Source: a virus
Lineage: Duplodnaviria; Caudoviricetes
Reading direction: 5' to 3' (one strand)
Virus record (IMG/VR): IMGVR_UViG_3300049172_000088
Span: 1 to 64,000 of that record
Length of the DNA: 64,000 bases
Part shown: positions 27,844 to 39,158 of the stretch, in pieces
Layout: every line of letters begins with the position of its first letter
Numbering within the stretch: position 1 is the stretch's first letter
The notes under the pieces: model-generated
Database searches by the model: none
Seen by the model: only the letters and a program-made list of their open reading frames with translations
Told to the model about the DNA's origin: nothing
Made by a program: the position numbers and the translations under genes

Positions 27844-30303
27844 CGCCGCCCCCTGAGGATGGCGCGGGCGACGGCGAGGGGGGTGACTCGGGCAGGCCGG
27901 GTGGGAGGCTGGGTGGCGCGCACGAGTGCCTCCATGTCGTCCGGCTGCTTGCTGGACGTGGCGGCCGCGTCCGAGGCGGGGGTCAGCTTCTCCAGGTCCG
28001 TGCCCAGGAGCTGCTGCTCGGGTGTGGGCCTGGGCCCGTACTCCAGGTCCATGGCGAGGGCGTGCAGCTCACGCCAGATGTCGGTGGGCTTGTGCCGCGC
28101 GATCAGGCGGAGGCGGCGGGCGATCTCGATGTTCGTCATGAGCGGCCTCGCATCTGGTCAAGGAGGTGCGCGACATCGCCGAACTCGACCGTCACCGTGG
28201 GAGCGGGCGCGGTGCGCATCTGCTCGGCGATGCGCCGGGCGTCGGGGAAGCCGAGGCCGTCGTCTCCGGCGAGGGCGCGGCGTGCGTCCTCGTAGGTGTC
28301 GCTGAGCACCGCGATCTGGAGGTTGGTGAGGTCGCACACCTCGGTCGGCTGGCCGTGCGGGGTCCAGCCGGTGAAGACGACCGGCCCGGCGTACGGCATC
28401 ACGGCGGCGCCCATGCCGGTGAGGACCAGGCCGCCGCAGATGTTGCGCGGGAGCCCGAGCTGGTGGCCGATGTCGTTGACCCAGCCGGACATCATCGGGT
28501 AGTCGCCGGTGCGCGGGATCCGCACCTGGGCGGGGCCAGGCTCGCCAAGGGCGGCCCGCCAGTCGCCGATGGTGACGTGGAACTCACCGTCGTTGTCGAT
28601 CAGCACGTGCCGGGTCACAGGGCACCCCCGAGGCGGCGCAGCAGGTGTGGCGGCCACTCGCCGGGGTGTCGGCGGCACCATGTGGAGCCCGGAATGGGGT
28701 CCTGCGTCTCGACGCGGTGAGTGGCGCGGCGGCCCCGAGCCACGCCCTTGAGGGCGGCCCGGCGGCTCTTGCGCCACACGCGGGTGTCCTGCGGCTTCAT
28801 GACTCGCTCCGGGTGTAGCCGGCGGCCAGGATGGCGCGGGCGACATCCTCGGCACGCGACCACGGGTCGAGGCTGTTGATCACCTCGGCGAGCTGCTTGA
28901 CCTTCTGCTCTTCGGCTTCCGCACGCTGCTGCTCAGCGATCGCGTCGGCGAGGTCGGCGGCGGAGGCGTACCACGAGCACAGGTCCCGGATGCTGTCGGG
29001 CGTCATCACCCCAGGGGGAACCATCAGCGTGCGGACGTGCGCGTTGTCGGTCACCCACGACATCTCGGGGTTGCGGCGCGGCAGGATGATGGGCGGCTCC
29101 TGCCCGGCGGCCTTGTACAGCTCTGTGACGATCGCGGGCAGGTCGGCGGCCCGAGCGTCGATGGACTCGCTGTCCGGGAGGTGCAGTCGTACGTCGCCAT
29201 GCTCGGTCGGCGAGGGCCGGACCTCGAGGTTGCACTTGTACGGGTCGGTGTAGGTGTAGGTCATCTCCCCTCCCGGGGCAGGATGCGGATGGTGCGGTCA
29301 GGGCCGATGGCCATGTCCCAGTCGCCAGACCAGGCGGTGCGGGCGCCCTTGCCGAGCACGTTGTCGAGCGAGCCCTTGTACGGCTCGAACTGGTCGATCG
29401 GGTAGTGCTTGCCGAGGAAGACGATCACGTCGCCGACGGCCAGGTCCCGGCCGGCGATCGGCTCGCCCCAGGCGGGGTCCTGCCAGCCGGGAAGGTGCGG
29501 CGAGTACGGGCGGGTGTACATCTCGCGCACCGCCCGCTCCTTCGCAGCCGCATGGGCGAGTGCCTGCTGCTGCCGGGCCTTGTCGCGGGCGGCGGCCCGG
29601 GCGGCGCGGTTCGCCTCACGGCAGTCCTCGCACACCTCGACCTTGCGATGGAGGTGCTGCTTGTAGCCGCTGGGCGTGCCGTGGTTGATCCCTTCGGCCT
29701 GGCCGATGACGCTCATGGCTCACCTCGCCAGGCTTCGTCGAGGTCGCGGAGCTCCGGCTCGTACTCGCGGAGCAGGCGCCGGTCCCGCCACCGCTCCCGC
29801 CAGGCTCGAAGGTCCCGGCGGGCGGCGCGGAAGGCGCGGACGAACGCACGGAAGGCGGCGAGCTCCAGCATCCCGACGACGCCGCACATGAACAGGAAGG
29901 CCACGACGCGCCCGATCTCAGCCATCAGCCACCCCCGCGGCCTTGCGCCACGCCTTGATCTCGGGGTCGTCGAGGTAGCCCGCCCCGTGGCCGGTAAGCG
30001 CGGTCGCGGCGGCCAAGGCGAGCGTCGCGTGCACCTGTGCCTGGGCTGCGAGCGCGTGGCCGACGACCGGGCTGCCGCCATCGCCGTAGGTGAAGTGGTA
30101 GGCGCGCTCGGCGAGCCGCTCAGCCTCGCGGTAGTGGGCCGGGCCGTTCACTCTGCTCCTCCGCTCTGCAGGGCCTCAGCCACGTCGGGCGCGATCTCCT
30201 CCGCGATGTGGCACAGGGTGTCGATCAGGTCGCCGCGGTTGTCGGCCTTTCGGGCGTCGCGGATCAGCCGGTCGGTCGCGTCCCGGCGGTTCTTACGCGG
30301 CAT
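27840..30303 (-). CDS. Run of small hypothetical ORFs (27840-28139, 28136-28618, 28797-29264, 29261-29716, 29918-30151 and others)
   Basis: Coupled ORFs; 29261-29716 has HGT..GY..H.....VCEDC (actinophage motif). Confidence 0.55.
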
Positions 30304-31247
30304 CAGCCCTCACCCGGCTTCACAGCCGCGGGCCAGCCGTCGTCGCCCTCGGCGGGCTCGCCAGCGGGCGCCTGGGGCGGGCCATCTTCGCCCTGGGTGG
30401 GTTCGTCGGTGTCGGAGATGACCTCGCCCTCCCAATCGACCTCGGGCAGCTCGGACTCGCCAGCCTCGTTCTCCCGCTGGAGCAGCTCAACGAGCTCCGG
30501 CGACTGGGGCACCCAGTCGGCGAGGCGGCGGACGGCGGACTTGCGCCACATGGCGTCGAACTCGGTGTGCCAGGTGCTGTTGAACCAGCCCTTGTCGGGG
30601 GTGCGGGCGAACCCTTCGGGGTCCTCTCGGCGGTGCCGCTCGGCAAGGGCGTACGCCTTGCTGTACTGGTCGCGGACCTCTTCGGCCTCGGCCCGGTTCA
30701 GAGTGATGATCTTCGACCGGCCGCCGCCCTTGATCTCGGCGTACGCGTAGGCCAGGACGATCGGGCCGCGCTCGCTGGAGAGCACGTCCGGCTCGTGCCA
30801 GAACGTGCCGCCGTCGCCGATGCGGTACTGCCACGGGTCGTTCTCATAGATGAACTCCGCGACCACGCTGGTGACGCGGCCAGAGCGGTACATGAGCTCG
30901 ACCAGGCCCTGCCACTGGGCGATGAACGTCGCCTTGTCGCCGTACGGCACGATCGCGGCCTGCTTCGTGCCGGGCTCCAGCCCGAGCCGCGCCGACTCCA
31001 GCATCGCGGCGAGCAGGCTCTCAGGGGTGCAGTCGAGCAGCTTGTCGTTCTTCTGCACGCAGGTGAGCGCCATGCGCAGGAACCGATCGACCGACACATG
31101 CTGAGGAAGCGCCATGTCGAACTGGGGCTTCATCTGCTGGAACAGCTGGCGGACGCTGGAGACCTTCGCCCTCTTGGCGATCTCCTTCGACTGCTGCGGT
31201 CGCCGGCCGCCGGCGCGCTGGGCCACGCGGTCTCTGAGGTTGGTCAT
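30303..31247 (-). CDS. recT: RecT-family single-strand annealing recombinase
   Basis: DRFLRMAL...LLDCTPESLLAAMLESARLGLEP...IVPY...WQGLVELMYRSG...AMWRKSAVRRL. Confidence 0.93.
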   Translation of the reverse strand: MTNLRDRVAQRAGGRRPQQSKEIAKRAKVSSVRQLFQQMKPQFDMALPQHVSVDRFLRMALTCVQKNDKLLDCTPESLLAAMLESARLGLEPGTKQAAIVPYGDKATFIAQWQGLVELMYRSGRVTSVVAEFIYENDPWQYRIGDGGTFWHEPDVLSSERGPIVLAYAYAEIKGGGRSKIITLNRAEAEEVRDQYSKAYALAERHRREDPEGFARTPDKGWFNSTWHTEFDAMWRKSAVRRLADWVPQSPELVELLQRENEAGESELPEVDWEGEVISDTDEPTQGEDGPPQAPAGEPAEGDDGWPAAVKPGEG

Positions 31248-32305
31248 TCGGAACTCCCGGGGACGCGAAGCACGCGGGCACGGTGGGCCCGGTACTTGTC
31301 GGGGTGGTGGGTCTTGAGTGCGTCGATGTCGAGCACGCTGACGCGCCGCTGGTGCCTCTCGGCGATGCGCGGGTGGTCTTCGCGGAACCGCTTGGGGGCG
31401 AACGTGCCGTTGCGCACCCACGTGTAGAGCGTGCGGCCGGGCGCGACGGCGATCTCCGCGTCACCCAGCTTGTGCTTGAGCTTGTTCTCGATGCCTTCGA
31501 GCTCCCGCTTGAGCTCCTTGCGTTCATCGAGCAGCTCGCGGCGGCGGGCGATCAGCTTGTCGGCCTCGGCCACCTCCTCGGGCGAGAAGAACCGGATGCT
31601 GTCGGCCTTCACGTCCCACAGGTGCGAGAGCAGCTCGTCGGTGGCTTCCAGGTCGCCCGGCTCCGGCGGCACCCCGGCGATGACGTGGTTGTGCCAGAAG
31701 TCGCCGACCGCCTTCACGAGGTGGTCGATCAGCTCCTGGTCGTACGCCAGCCGGAAGTGCACGAAGTCGTCGTCGAGGAGGCCGGCCACCCATGCCTTGC
31801 GGTAGCCGGTGACGGCCATGCCCCAGCACGCCTGGATGGCGGGCCCGTCCGGTGGTTCCTCGCCGCGCCAGTCCTCAGCGCGGGCAGACCGCCAGGTGCG
31901 GGTCTTGCACTCCAGCACGCCGCCGTCACCGGACAGTTCGCCGCCCTCGGCCTCGAAGACGGCGCGGTCGATGTTGACCAGCATCCACGGGTGCTCGGCG
32001 TGCTGGAGCGTTCCGGGCGGGTCGACGACGGCGAGGCCGGTCTCTTCGGCGAACAGTTCGGCGACCAGCGATTCGAGCTTCTGGCCGCGCCGGGCGGACC
32101 GGTCGAGCTTGGGGTCGCGCCGCTCTTCGGCCTCGCCGCGCTTGTCGAGGTAGACGTGCAGCGGGCCGCGCCGCTTGTCCATGCCGAGGATCGCGGCCAC
32201 GTCGCTGCCGCCGATCCCCTGCCGCCGGACGCCCAGCCACTCCTCGCGGGGCAGCCCGGCCGGGGCCAGCAGGCGTGCGGTGGGCGTGAGGAGGTCGGCG
32301 TTCAT
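31244..32305 (-). CDS. YqaJ-like viral recombinase exonuclease
   Basis: EEWL..RRQGIGGSDVAAILG, HPWML.NIDR, VLECKT; directly upstream of recT. Confidence 0.92.
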   Translation of the reverse strand: MNADLLTPTARLLAPAGLPREEWLGVRRQGIGGSDVAAILGMDKRRGPLHVYLDKRGEAEERRDPKLDRSARRGQKLESLVAELFAEETGLAVVDPPGTLQHAEHPWMLVNIDRAVFEAEGGELSGDGGVLECKTRTWRSARAEDWRGEEPPDGPAIQACWGMAVTGYRKAWVAGLLDDDFVHFRLAYDQELIDHLVKAVGDFWHNHVIAGVPPEPGDLEATDELLSHLWDVKADSIRFFSPEEVAEADKLIARRRELLDERKELKRELEGIENKLKHKLGDAEIAVAPGRTLYTWVRNGTFAPKRFREDHPRIAERHQRRVSVLDIDALKTHHPDKYRAHRARVLRVPGSSE

Positions 32306-35300
32306 GTCGCACGCTCCGCGATCTGCCGCAGGTTGGCGATCCCGGTGTCCGTGGCCTCGGCCCGGTTGCAGGCGGCGACGTAGCCGGGGTACTCGGCGGC
32401 GAGGCGGCGTCGGTTGTGCGGGTCGGCGCGGGCGATGAGCGCGATCAGGTCCTTGGTGAACGAGCCGGGCTCCATGCCGGGTTCGCCGTAGTGCCACAGG
32501 ACGTGGTGGGCGATCGTGGGCGTGATCTCCTCGGAGCCGAGCTCGTCGTCGCGGGCGGCGAGCACGCGCTTGATCGGCCCGTAATGGTGGTGGAGGAATG
32601 CCACCTCGTAGCCAGTCCCACCCGGCGCACCGGAGTGCAGGCGGATCCCTCCCGCGTACTCGGTCGCGAGGTAGCGGACGCCGTGGGCGTCTTCCCACAG
32701 CTCACCAGCCTTGGGCGGTCCTTCGGCAGGCACGAGCCGCGTGATCTCGACGGCGCTGAACTCGTGCTGAACCTCCTCCCGGTCGGTTCGGGCCCCCTCG
32801 CGGTACTCGTAGACCAGAGAGCCACCATCGCAGTTCAGGACTCGCGCGCCCCTGATGACGATGTCCACGATCTCGCCGGGCTGGTACTTCATGCCGTGGC
32901 CTCCTGGATGTGCTGGCCGGCGAGCAGGCCGACGAGGGCGAGCGTGGGTGCGTCGGCGTCGGCCTCGCGGGCGATCCCGCCGAGGTGGGTGGCGGTGCGC
33001 ATGGCGACCCAGCCGACGATGCTGGGGTCGAGGTCGCAGAACTCGCCACGCAGGTCGTCGCCGATGATCGCGCCGAGCGTGCGTACGAGGTCGGCTCCGT
33101 CGTCGGTCAGCTCGCCGAGCGCGTCGGTGATCGCGGTGTGGGTGGCTTCGACCCAGCCGGGCCAGACCGGTGCGTACGTCATGTCCTCCCCCTCACACAT
33201 GGCAATCGACGGCGATCAGATACGCGGAGTCGGCGAGGGACTCGATGTAGGCGTTCGCGACTTCGAGGTAGCCGATCCGATCGCCCTCTCTGTCCGTGGA
33301 TGCTCCGAACCAGCCCATCTCGCCGGGCGCCATCCACTTGCCCTCGACCGTGATCAGCGCGTAGCCCGGAACCGCCTGCGCCCGCGCCAGCTCCACGAAC
33401 AGCCCACGCGGCTTGGCGAACTCTCCGATCCGGCATGTGAACGAGTCGATGTCAGAGCCCTTGATCGCCTGCACGCGCTCCTGGGCGCCGTACTCGACAC
33501 GGGCACGGTTCCACGCTGCCCGCTTCTCCTCGACGTCCTCGGTATCGGCGGCCTCCTTCTCGGCGCGCTCGGCGAATGCCCTCCACGGCTGCGCCTCAGG
33601 CAGGCCGTCGGTGAGCTTCTCCCAGGAGTCGTACTCGGCGTGGGCGCGGTTCGCCTTCTGCAGCCGCATCGCGTTGAGGTCCAGGTGCTTCTTCTGGCCG
33701 CCGTCCACCCATCCGGCTTGGTCCCTCTTCGGGGAGTCCCAGTCGCGGCGAGGTGCCCACTCGGCGCACGCGGCGTACGCCTCGAAGTCGGTGGTGGCGA
33801 AGTAGCCACCCCATCGGCCGCCGATGCGCCAGTAGTCCCACTTGCCGTCCGGGTTGCGCGTGGAGAGCGTATATGCCTGGTCCGTGGCCTCGTCGTAGTG
33901 CAGCGGCTCGGAGTCGTCGTCGTACCGCTCGTTGTGGAACTGGACGATGTCTCGCCAGCGGATCGGGTCGGGCAGGGAGTGGAACAGGCGTGCATCTTCC
34001 GCCTGCTTCTGTCGCTGCACCTCGGGCGTCTCCTTCGACGAATCCGACGACCACCCAAGCTGGTCCGGCTTGTAGGGCAGAATTCCCGTGCCATCGGCGA
34101 AGTCCTTGGCGGTCCGCTTGAGCGACCTGTACAGCCAGAACTCCGACGCCTCACCTTTCTCGTAGTCGCGGTACTCCTCGACTTCGAGGTTCTCGTCGAA
34201 GGGCGCCAGGGCGGCCTCCAGCTTGCTGGCGTCGTCGAGGCACACGATCACGGAGAAGTGGGTCATCGGCTTCCACCCTTCGCGAGAGCGGCGCGCAGCT
34301 TCAGCGCCTGGCGTCCGACGCGCTTGGCCAGGAGGAGGCCGCGCTCGCGCATCGTCTGCCGCAGGTGCCGCTCGGTTCGGGACCCGCCGGTGCGAAGCGG
34401 CGCCATCCACTCGTCGGTATCGGTGATCGCCCTGCGCGCCTGGTCGTACGCGGTGACGTCGGCCGCCGTGATGCGCGGCATGCTCGCCGTCGCGGGCTCC
34501 GGGTCGATCGGCGGGGCGTCGCGGCGGACGGCCCGCATCGGCTCGGTGACGGCCGCGGCCCGGGCGCGGTGCTTGCCGGCCATCAGAGGTCGCCCTCCTC
34601 TTCGGGGTCGCGCTGCGCGTCGGCCAGTTCGACGACGCGGGCGACGGCCTTGTCCATGGCCGGGTCGGGCGCGGCGATCTGCGCGGCGACGGACTGCGGC
34701 GCCTGAGTGGAGTCCTGGGCCGGCGCCGGAGCAGTCATGGTGCGGGCATCCTCGGCGGCCTTGAGCCGGTCGCGGATCTCGCGCAGGTCGCCGCCCCAGA
34801 ACCCGGCCTGGGCCTGGATCACGTCGGCGAGGTCGGCAGCGGCCGACACGCGGGTGAGGTCACCGGTGGGGATCTGGATGCGGAGCGGCCCGAAGTCGAA
34901 CGAGCTCCAGCCGTCCTCGGTCAGCGTGTGCCGCACCTGGTCGGGGGTGACCTGGGCGTAGATGAAGACGTTGAGCGGGGTCTGCTCCATCAGGAGCCCT
35001 CCAGGCAGGTACGGGTGTGGATGCCGCCGGGCACGGGCGCGCCGCAGCGGCAGAGGGGGATCTCGCGCGCCGTCAGCTCTTCGGTGACGGCGGGCCGAAT
35101 CACGTGGTCGAGCTGAACGGCGCTGCCCGCGTTGGCGATCGAGGTCGCGGTGTTCCACATGCCGATCAGCTCGTCGGTGCTGGCCTCGTGGATGCCCTCG
35201 ATCACCGCGCCCCACGGGTTTGGATCGGCCTCGGCGAGGGCGGGCTTGGCCTGGCGCGGAGTGCGGCTCAGCAGCACGTACAGGACGGCGACGATCGCGA

Positions 35301-35588
35301 AGCCGCTCCAGGCGATCACGGTGGACCACGGGCGGTCCGTGGCCACGGTGCCGGTCGCGGTCAGCGCGAGGGCGACGAAGTACAGGGCCGTCAGTACCTT
35401 GAACCTGGTGCTCATGACTCACCCCGCTGGATGAAGTGGCGGAGGATCAGAGAGGCCGCGCCGAACCCGACCGCGTCGAGCGCGAGGTACGGCCAGTCGT
35501 TGCCGTCGAGCGCGACCACCACGGCGGCGGTCGCGGCGACGACCGCGAGGATGGCGCACACGGCCGCGAGGATCCGCATGAACATCAG
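32302..35588 (-). CDS. Early hypothetical ORFs (32302-32892, 32889-33182, 33193-34266, 34263-34583, 34583-34990, 34990-35415, 35412-35588)
   Basis: Coupled ORFs; 33193-34266 is a conserved phage protein (MTHFSVIV...NPDGKWDYWRIGGRW...LIAVDCHV). Confidence 0.6.
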
Positions 35589-36055
35589 GCCACCCCCACC
35601 GTGGCCAGGACGGCGGCCAGCTCGGGCGAGTCCCAGCCCGCCCACCGCTGCTCGTGCTCGGCGCGGACCACAGCGGACTCCAGGTCGCGGTCACGGCCGG
35701 CCAGCGGACGCCACGCGCCCGCGTCGCGCCGGAACGCGAGGTACGTCATCGACCGGTGGTCGTGCGGGGTGGCCGACACCACCACGTCCACGTCGCCGCC
35801 GGCCCGGTGGCCGACGTACTCGATCCGATACGTCTCAGCGAGGCCGATGACGATCCGTCCGGCGCGCCAGGTGGCGATCGGGCCGCCCGGCCGCCGCCGC
35901 ACCGCGAGGGACACCACGTCCGTGAGGTTGTAGGCGCGGTGGCCGTGCAGGCACCGGCGGGAAGGCAGCCGCCCGCTGCGCGCGAGGTTCGAGACGCCGC
36001 GCTTGCCGAGCCCGAGCATGTGCCCGGTCTGGGAGCGGGTCAGGAGGACGCTCAT
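35585..36055 (-). CDS. MerR/Xis-like HTH protein (BldC-like N-terminus)
   Basis: LLTRSQTGHMLGLGKRGVSNLARSGRLPSRRCLHGHRAYNLTDV. Confidence 0.65.
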   Translation of the reverse strand: MSVLLTRSQTGHMLGLGKRGVSNLARSGRLPSRRCLHGHRAYNLTDVVSLAVRRRPGGPIATWRAGRIVIGLAETYRIEYVGHRAGGDVDVVVSATPHDHRSMTYLAFRRDAGAWRPLAGRDRDLESAVVRAEHEQRWAGWDSPELAAVLATVGVA

Positions 36056-37805
36056 GCCGCCTCCCCGCACAGCCCGGCGACGATCCGCCGCAGGTCGGGC
36101 AGCCTGTTGCTGCCCGCAAACAGCCGGTTGGCCTGCTTTCGGTCGAGTCCGAGGACCCGCTCGGCGCGGAGCTGGGCGTAGACGACCCGCACGCCAGCGC
36201 GGGCCTCGAAGGCCCACGGGTCGTCCGGCTCGGCGATCAGCGCGTCACCGAGCGCCTCGTCCGGATTGTCGGCGTACCACCGGCCGCCCGCGAGCTGAGC
36301 GGCCCACCCGGCGAAGCACATGCCGGAGCCGCACCGGAACTCGGTCTGGTCCCACTCCTCAGGGTGGGCCTCGATGTGGGCGAGGGTCTGCTTGAGCAGC
36401 GCCACGTTGATCGTCATGCCGCCGCCTCCTGTTCGGCCTGTTCGCACAGGTCGGAGACGATCGCGAAGAGGCGCGGCAGGTCATTGCTCGCGCTGAACAG
36501 GCGCACCGCCTGCTCGTCGCTGAGGCCCAGCACCCGCTTGGCCCGCGTCTGCACGGTCACCGCCTGGAGCGGCTCGCCATCCCAGCCGTCAGCCGGGCCG
36601 TACGCGGCCACGTCCTTGGTGCGGTCGTCGTCCTCGGGCGCGAGGACGTAGTGGAGCGGGTGCACCTCGTCCGTCGCCCACCGGCCGCCCGCCAGGATCA
36701 CGGCGTGCCCGGCGATGCAGCTCCGCCAGCAGCCCTGGTACCAGTCACCCCGGTTGGCGTCGATGTGCTGGAGCGTTCCGACCAGCAGCTCCGTGTTGAT
36801 CGCCATCACGCCACCTCACACAGGTCGTGAGCGATCCGCCTCAGGTCGTCGAGCGTGTTGTCGAAGGCGAACAGCGCCCGCTCCTGGTCTGCGGTGACGT
36901 CGAGCAGTCGGGCGGCCTGGCCCCACGCCGCCATGCCGGTGACCTCCGGACCACCAGCGGCGGCCAGGACGTGACGGGCGAAGGCCGGCCGCCAGTCGCC
37001 GTGCAGTCGCCACCGCTCAGGGTGGCGGACCACCTCGCCGAACGCGGACTTCAGCAGCGCGGTGTTGGCCATCACGCACCTCCCCGGAAGGGCAGGCGGC
37101 GGCCGGACGGCGTGCGGGTGTCGGGCTCCCCCTGCGGTCGGCGCGGCGGCGTCGGCCGGAGGATGCGCTTCTGGGTGCCCATCACGCGGCCTCCGCCCTG
37201 GTCAGGCGCTCCATCGCGGCCGGGTCGATCGGGTCCACGTACGGGATGCCGTACCGAGTCGCGACGACACCGGCGTGCTGGCGCAGGCGGCGGGGCGCGA
37301 TGCCGCTCTCACCGCCGTGGAACATGGGCGGCTGGCCCGGGCGATGCTCGACGACCGCGAGGGGCAGGCGACCGTCGTCCAGCGCCTCGCCGGGCGTGAG
37401 CTCGTTCTCGGCGACGAACCGGATCGTGACGTGGCGAATCTCGGCGATCAGCTCGCCAACAACCTCGCGGAGACTGTCCAGGTCGTTCTCACCATGGAAC
37501 AGGTCGTACGCCTGGTCGCCATCCAGCCCCAGCTCCCGCTTAGCGCGGTCGTGCACAGTGACGACCCGCGCCCCGTCGCGGGCGACCAGAGACGGCTCAC
37601 CCTTCTCGGCGGCCCAGAGCATGCCATTCGGGTCGAGGGCCTGGCCGCCAGCGAGGCGGGCGGCATGGTTGGCGAAGCACGCGGCGTAGGTCCGCTGGTT
37701 CCACTCGGCGGGGTTGGCCTCGATGCGGGCCAGCGTCTCGCGGAGCAGCGCGGCGTTGATCGTGCTCGCCACGGCGTCGGCGGTGATGGTCTGGTGGGGC
37801 ATCAT
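36052..37805 (-). CDS. Four tandem paralogous proteins (36052-36417, 36414-36809, 36806-37075, 37182-37805)
   Basis: Shared N-terminus IN.ALL..TL.HIEA.P..W.Q...C.A..A...AGG and C-terminal A...LG(L)...QA..LF...N.L..LR.IV..L. Confidence 0.75.
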
Positions 37806-37999
37806 GCACCCGCCACCGAGTCGCCAGCCAGCAGGGCGCGGACCTCGGTCTCGCGGTAGCGCCGGTGACCGCCCAGCGTGCGGACCGACGTCAGCTTGCC
37901 GGCCTTAGCCCAGCGGGTGACCGTCTTGGGGTCGACCCTGAACATGGTCGCGACCTCAGCGGGGGTGAGCAGGGACTCGTGCTCCAGGGAGCTGGCCAT
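37802..37999 (-). CDS. bldC: BldC-family developmental regulator
   Basis: LLTPAEVATMFRVDPKTVTRWAKAGKLTSVRTLGGHRRYRETEVRALL, nearly the Streptomyces BldC core as I recall it. Confidence 0.92.
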   Translation of the reverse strand: MASSLEHESLLTPAEVATMFRVDPKTVTRWAKAGKLTSVRTLGGHRRYRETEVRALLAGDSVAGA

Positions 38000-38110
38000 G
38001 GTGGTTGTCCTTCCGGTTGAGGGGTGGAGCGATAAGGTTGGGGCGCCGGATGTCCTTCCGGCGGGTCCGGGCTGGTCGCACAGCCCGGACCATTTGCGTG
38101 CTGGAGCAGG

Positions 38111-38656
38111 TCAGACGGTGTAGCCGCCGTTCCAGTCCCAGCTCTTCTTGGCCAGCTCGACACCGGTCGACGTGGTCACCCACGCCGTGTCGTTGTTGTT
38201 GTTGTAGAACTGGCCAGCGGTGCCGCAGTCGGGGTCCGAGTTGGCGTACAACCGGTACTCGGTGCCGACCTTGTAGTTGCCGCCCCACCTGGCACCGTTG
38301 AAGACCGTGACGCTCTCGCCGTTCGCCAGCTCGGTGCTGGTGCCGGGCCCGGGGAGGTCGGTGATCTTGTAGGTGTTGCAGGAGTGGGCGTCGCCGTCCG
38401 CGGTGCGGCTGTGCGCCCAGTCGTCCTCGACCAGCACGTTCGCGATGTCGAGGGTCACGCCGGAGACGTTCTTGAACGTGACGAACTCGCGGTTGCGATT
38501 GCCCACGGTGTCGGTGCCCATGGCGTCGGTGCCGACCCGCACGATCTGGAGCTGGCCGGCGGTGGGCGCCGGAGCGGCGCTGGCCGACGTGGCGGACGCG
38601 ATGCCGGTCAGCATCAGCGCCAGGGCGCCCATGAGGGCGATGAGGGTCTTCTTCAT
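38111..38656 (-). CDS. Secreted lamin-tail-domain-like protein
   Basis: Signal peptide MKKTLIALMGALALMLTG...ASA; NREFVTFKN...LANGESVTVFNG...YNNNNDTA. Confidence 0.7.
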   Translation of the reverse strand: MKKTLIALMGALALMLTGIASATSASAAPAPTAGQLQIVRVGTDAMGTDTVGNRNREFVTFKNVSGVTLDIANVLVEDDWAHSRTADGDAHSCNTYKITDLPGPGTSTELANGESVTVFNGARWGGNYKVGTEYRLYANSDPDCGTAGQFYNNNNDTAWVTTSTGVELAKKSWDWNGGYTV

Positions 38657-38732
38657 CTCGATCTCTCTGTGAGGTTGGGACCGGTGACCCGGCCATGTGC
38701 CGCCCCATCTGGAGCGGACGTTCAGGGCCCGC

Positions 38733-38933
38733 TCAGGCGGGCAGCGCGGCGCGGCGCCGTCGGCGGGCCGCCGCCAGGAACGCGCGGGCGGCCGACCGGC
38801 CCTCGCGGGCGAACGCGGCAGCGGCGGACTGGTGGTTGCGCTTGTGCCAGATCCGGCGCCGCTGACGCGCAGTGATCTGGCTGCGGCCGGTCTGCGCGAA
38901 GTAGCGGGAGGCGCGGTCGAACTCGTCGAGCAT
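38733..38933 (-). CDS. Small basic hypothetical protein
   Basis: 66 aa; ITARQRRRIWHKRNH. Confidence 0.55.
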   Translation of the reverse strand: MLDEFDRASRYFAQTGRSQITARQRRRIWHKRNHQSAAAAFAREGRSAARAFLAAARRRRRAALPA

Positions 38934-38945
38934 CGGGTGGTCCTC

Positions 38946-39158
38946 TCAGGCGGCCTGTTGAGCGGGGCGGATGTACGGGGCGAGGAGCGCGGCCAGGCGA
39001 GTGCACTGCTCCTCGGTGAGGGGCGGATCGTGCTCGCCGTCGCGCCAGCCGGCCTCGAAGGCTTGCTGCGGCGTGGTGCAGATCTCCTGCCTGCCACGCC
39101 CCGCCGCACCGAGACGCGCCTTGCCGTACCGCGCCGGGCCTGGGTCGTTAGTGGTCAC
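38946..39158 (-). CDS. Small phage protein whose 5' part overlaps an orphan guide unit
   Basis: ICTTPQQAFEAGWRDG..DPPLTEEQC.RLAALL; GTGA overlap with the upstream gene. Confidence 0.6.
   Translation of the reverse strand: MTTNDPGPARYGKARLGAAGRGRQEICTTPQQAFEAGWRDGEHDPPLTEEQCTRLAALLAPYIRPAQQAA
39087..39140 (-). ncRNA. Orphan pentamer-repeat guide (vrRNA-like) unit
   Basis: 9 pentamers (39096-39140) followed by GGCA-GGC on the minus strand. Confidence 0.72.
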
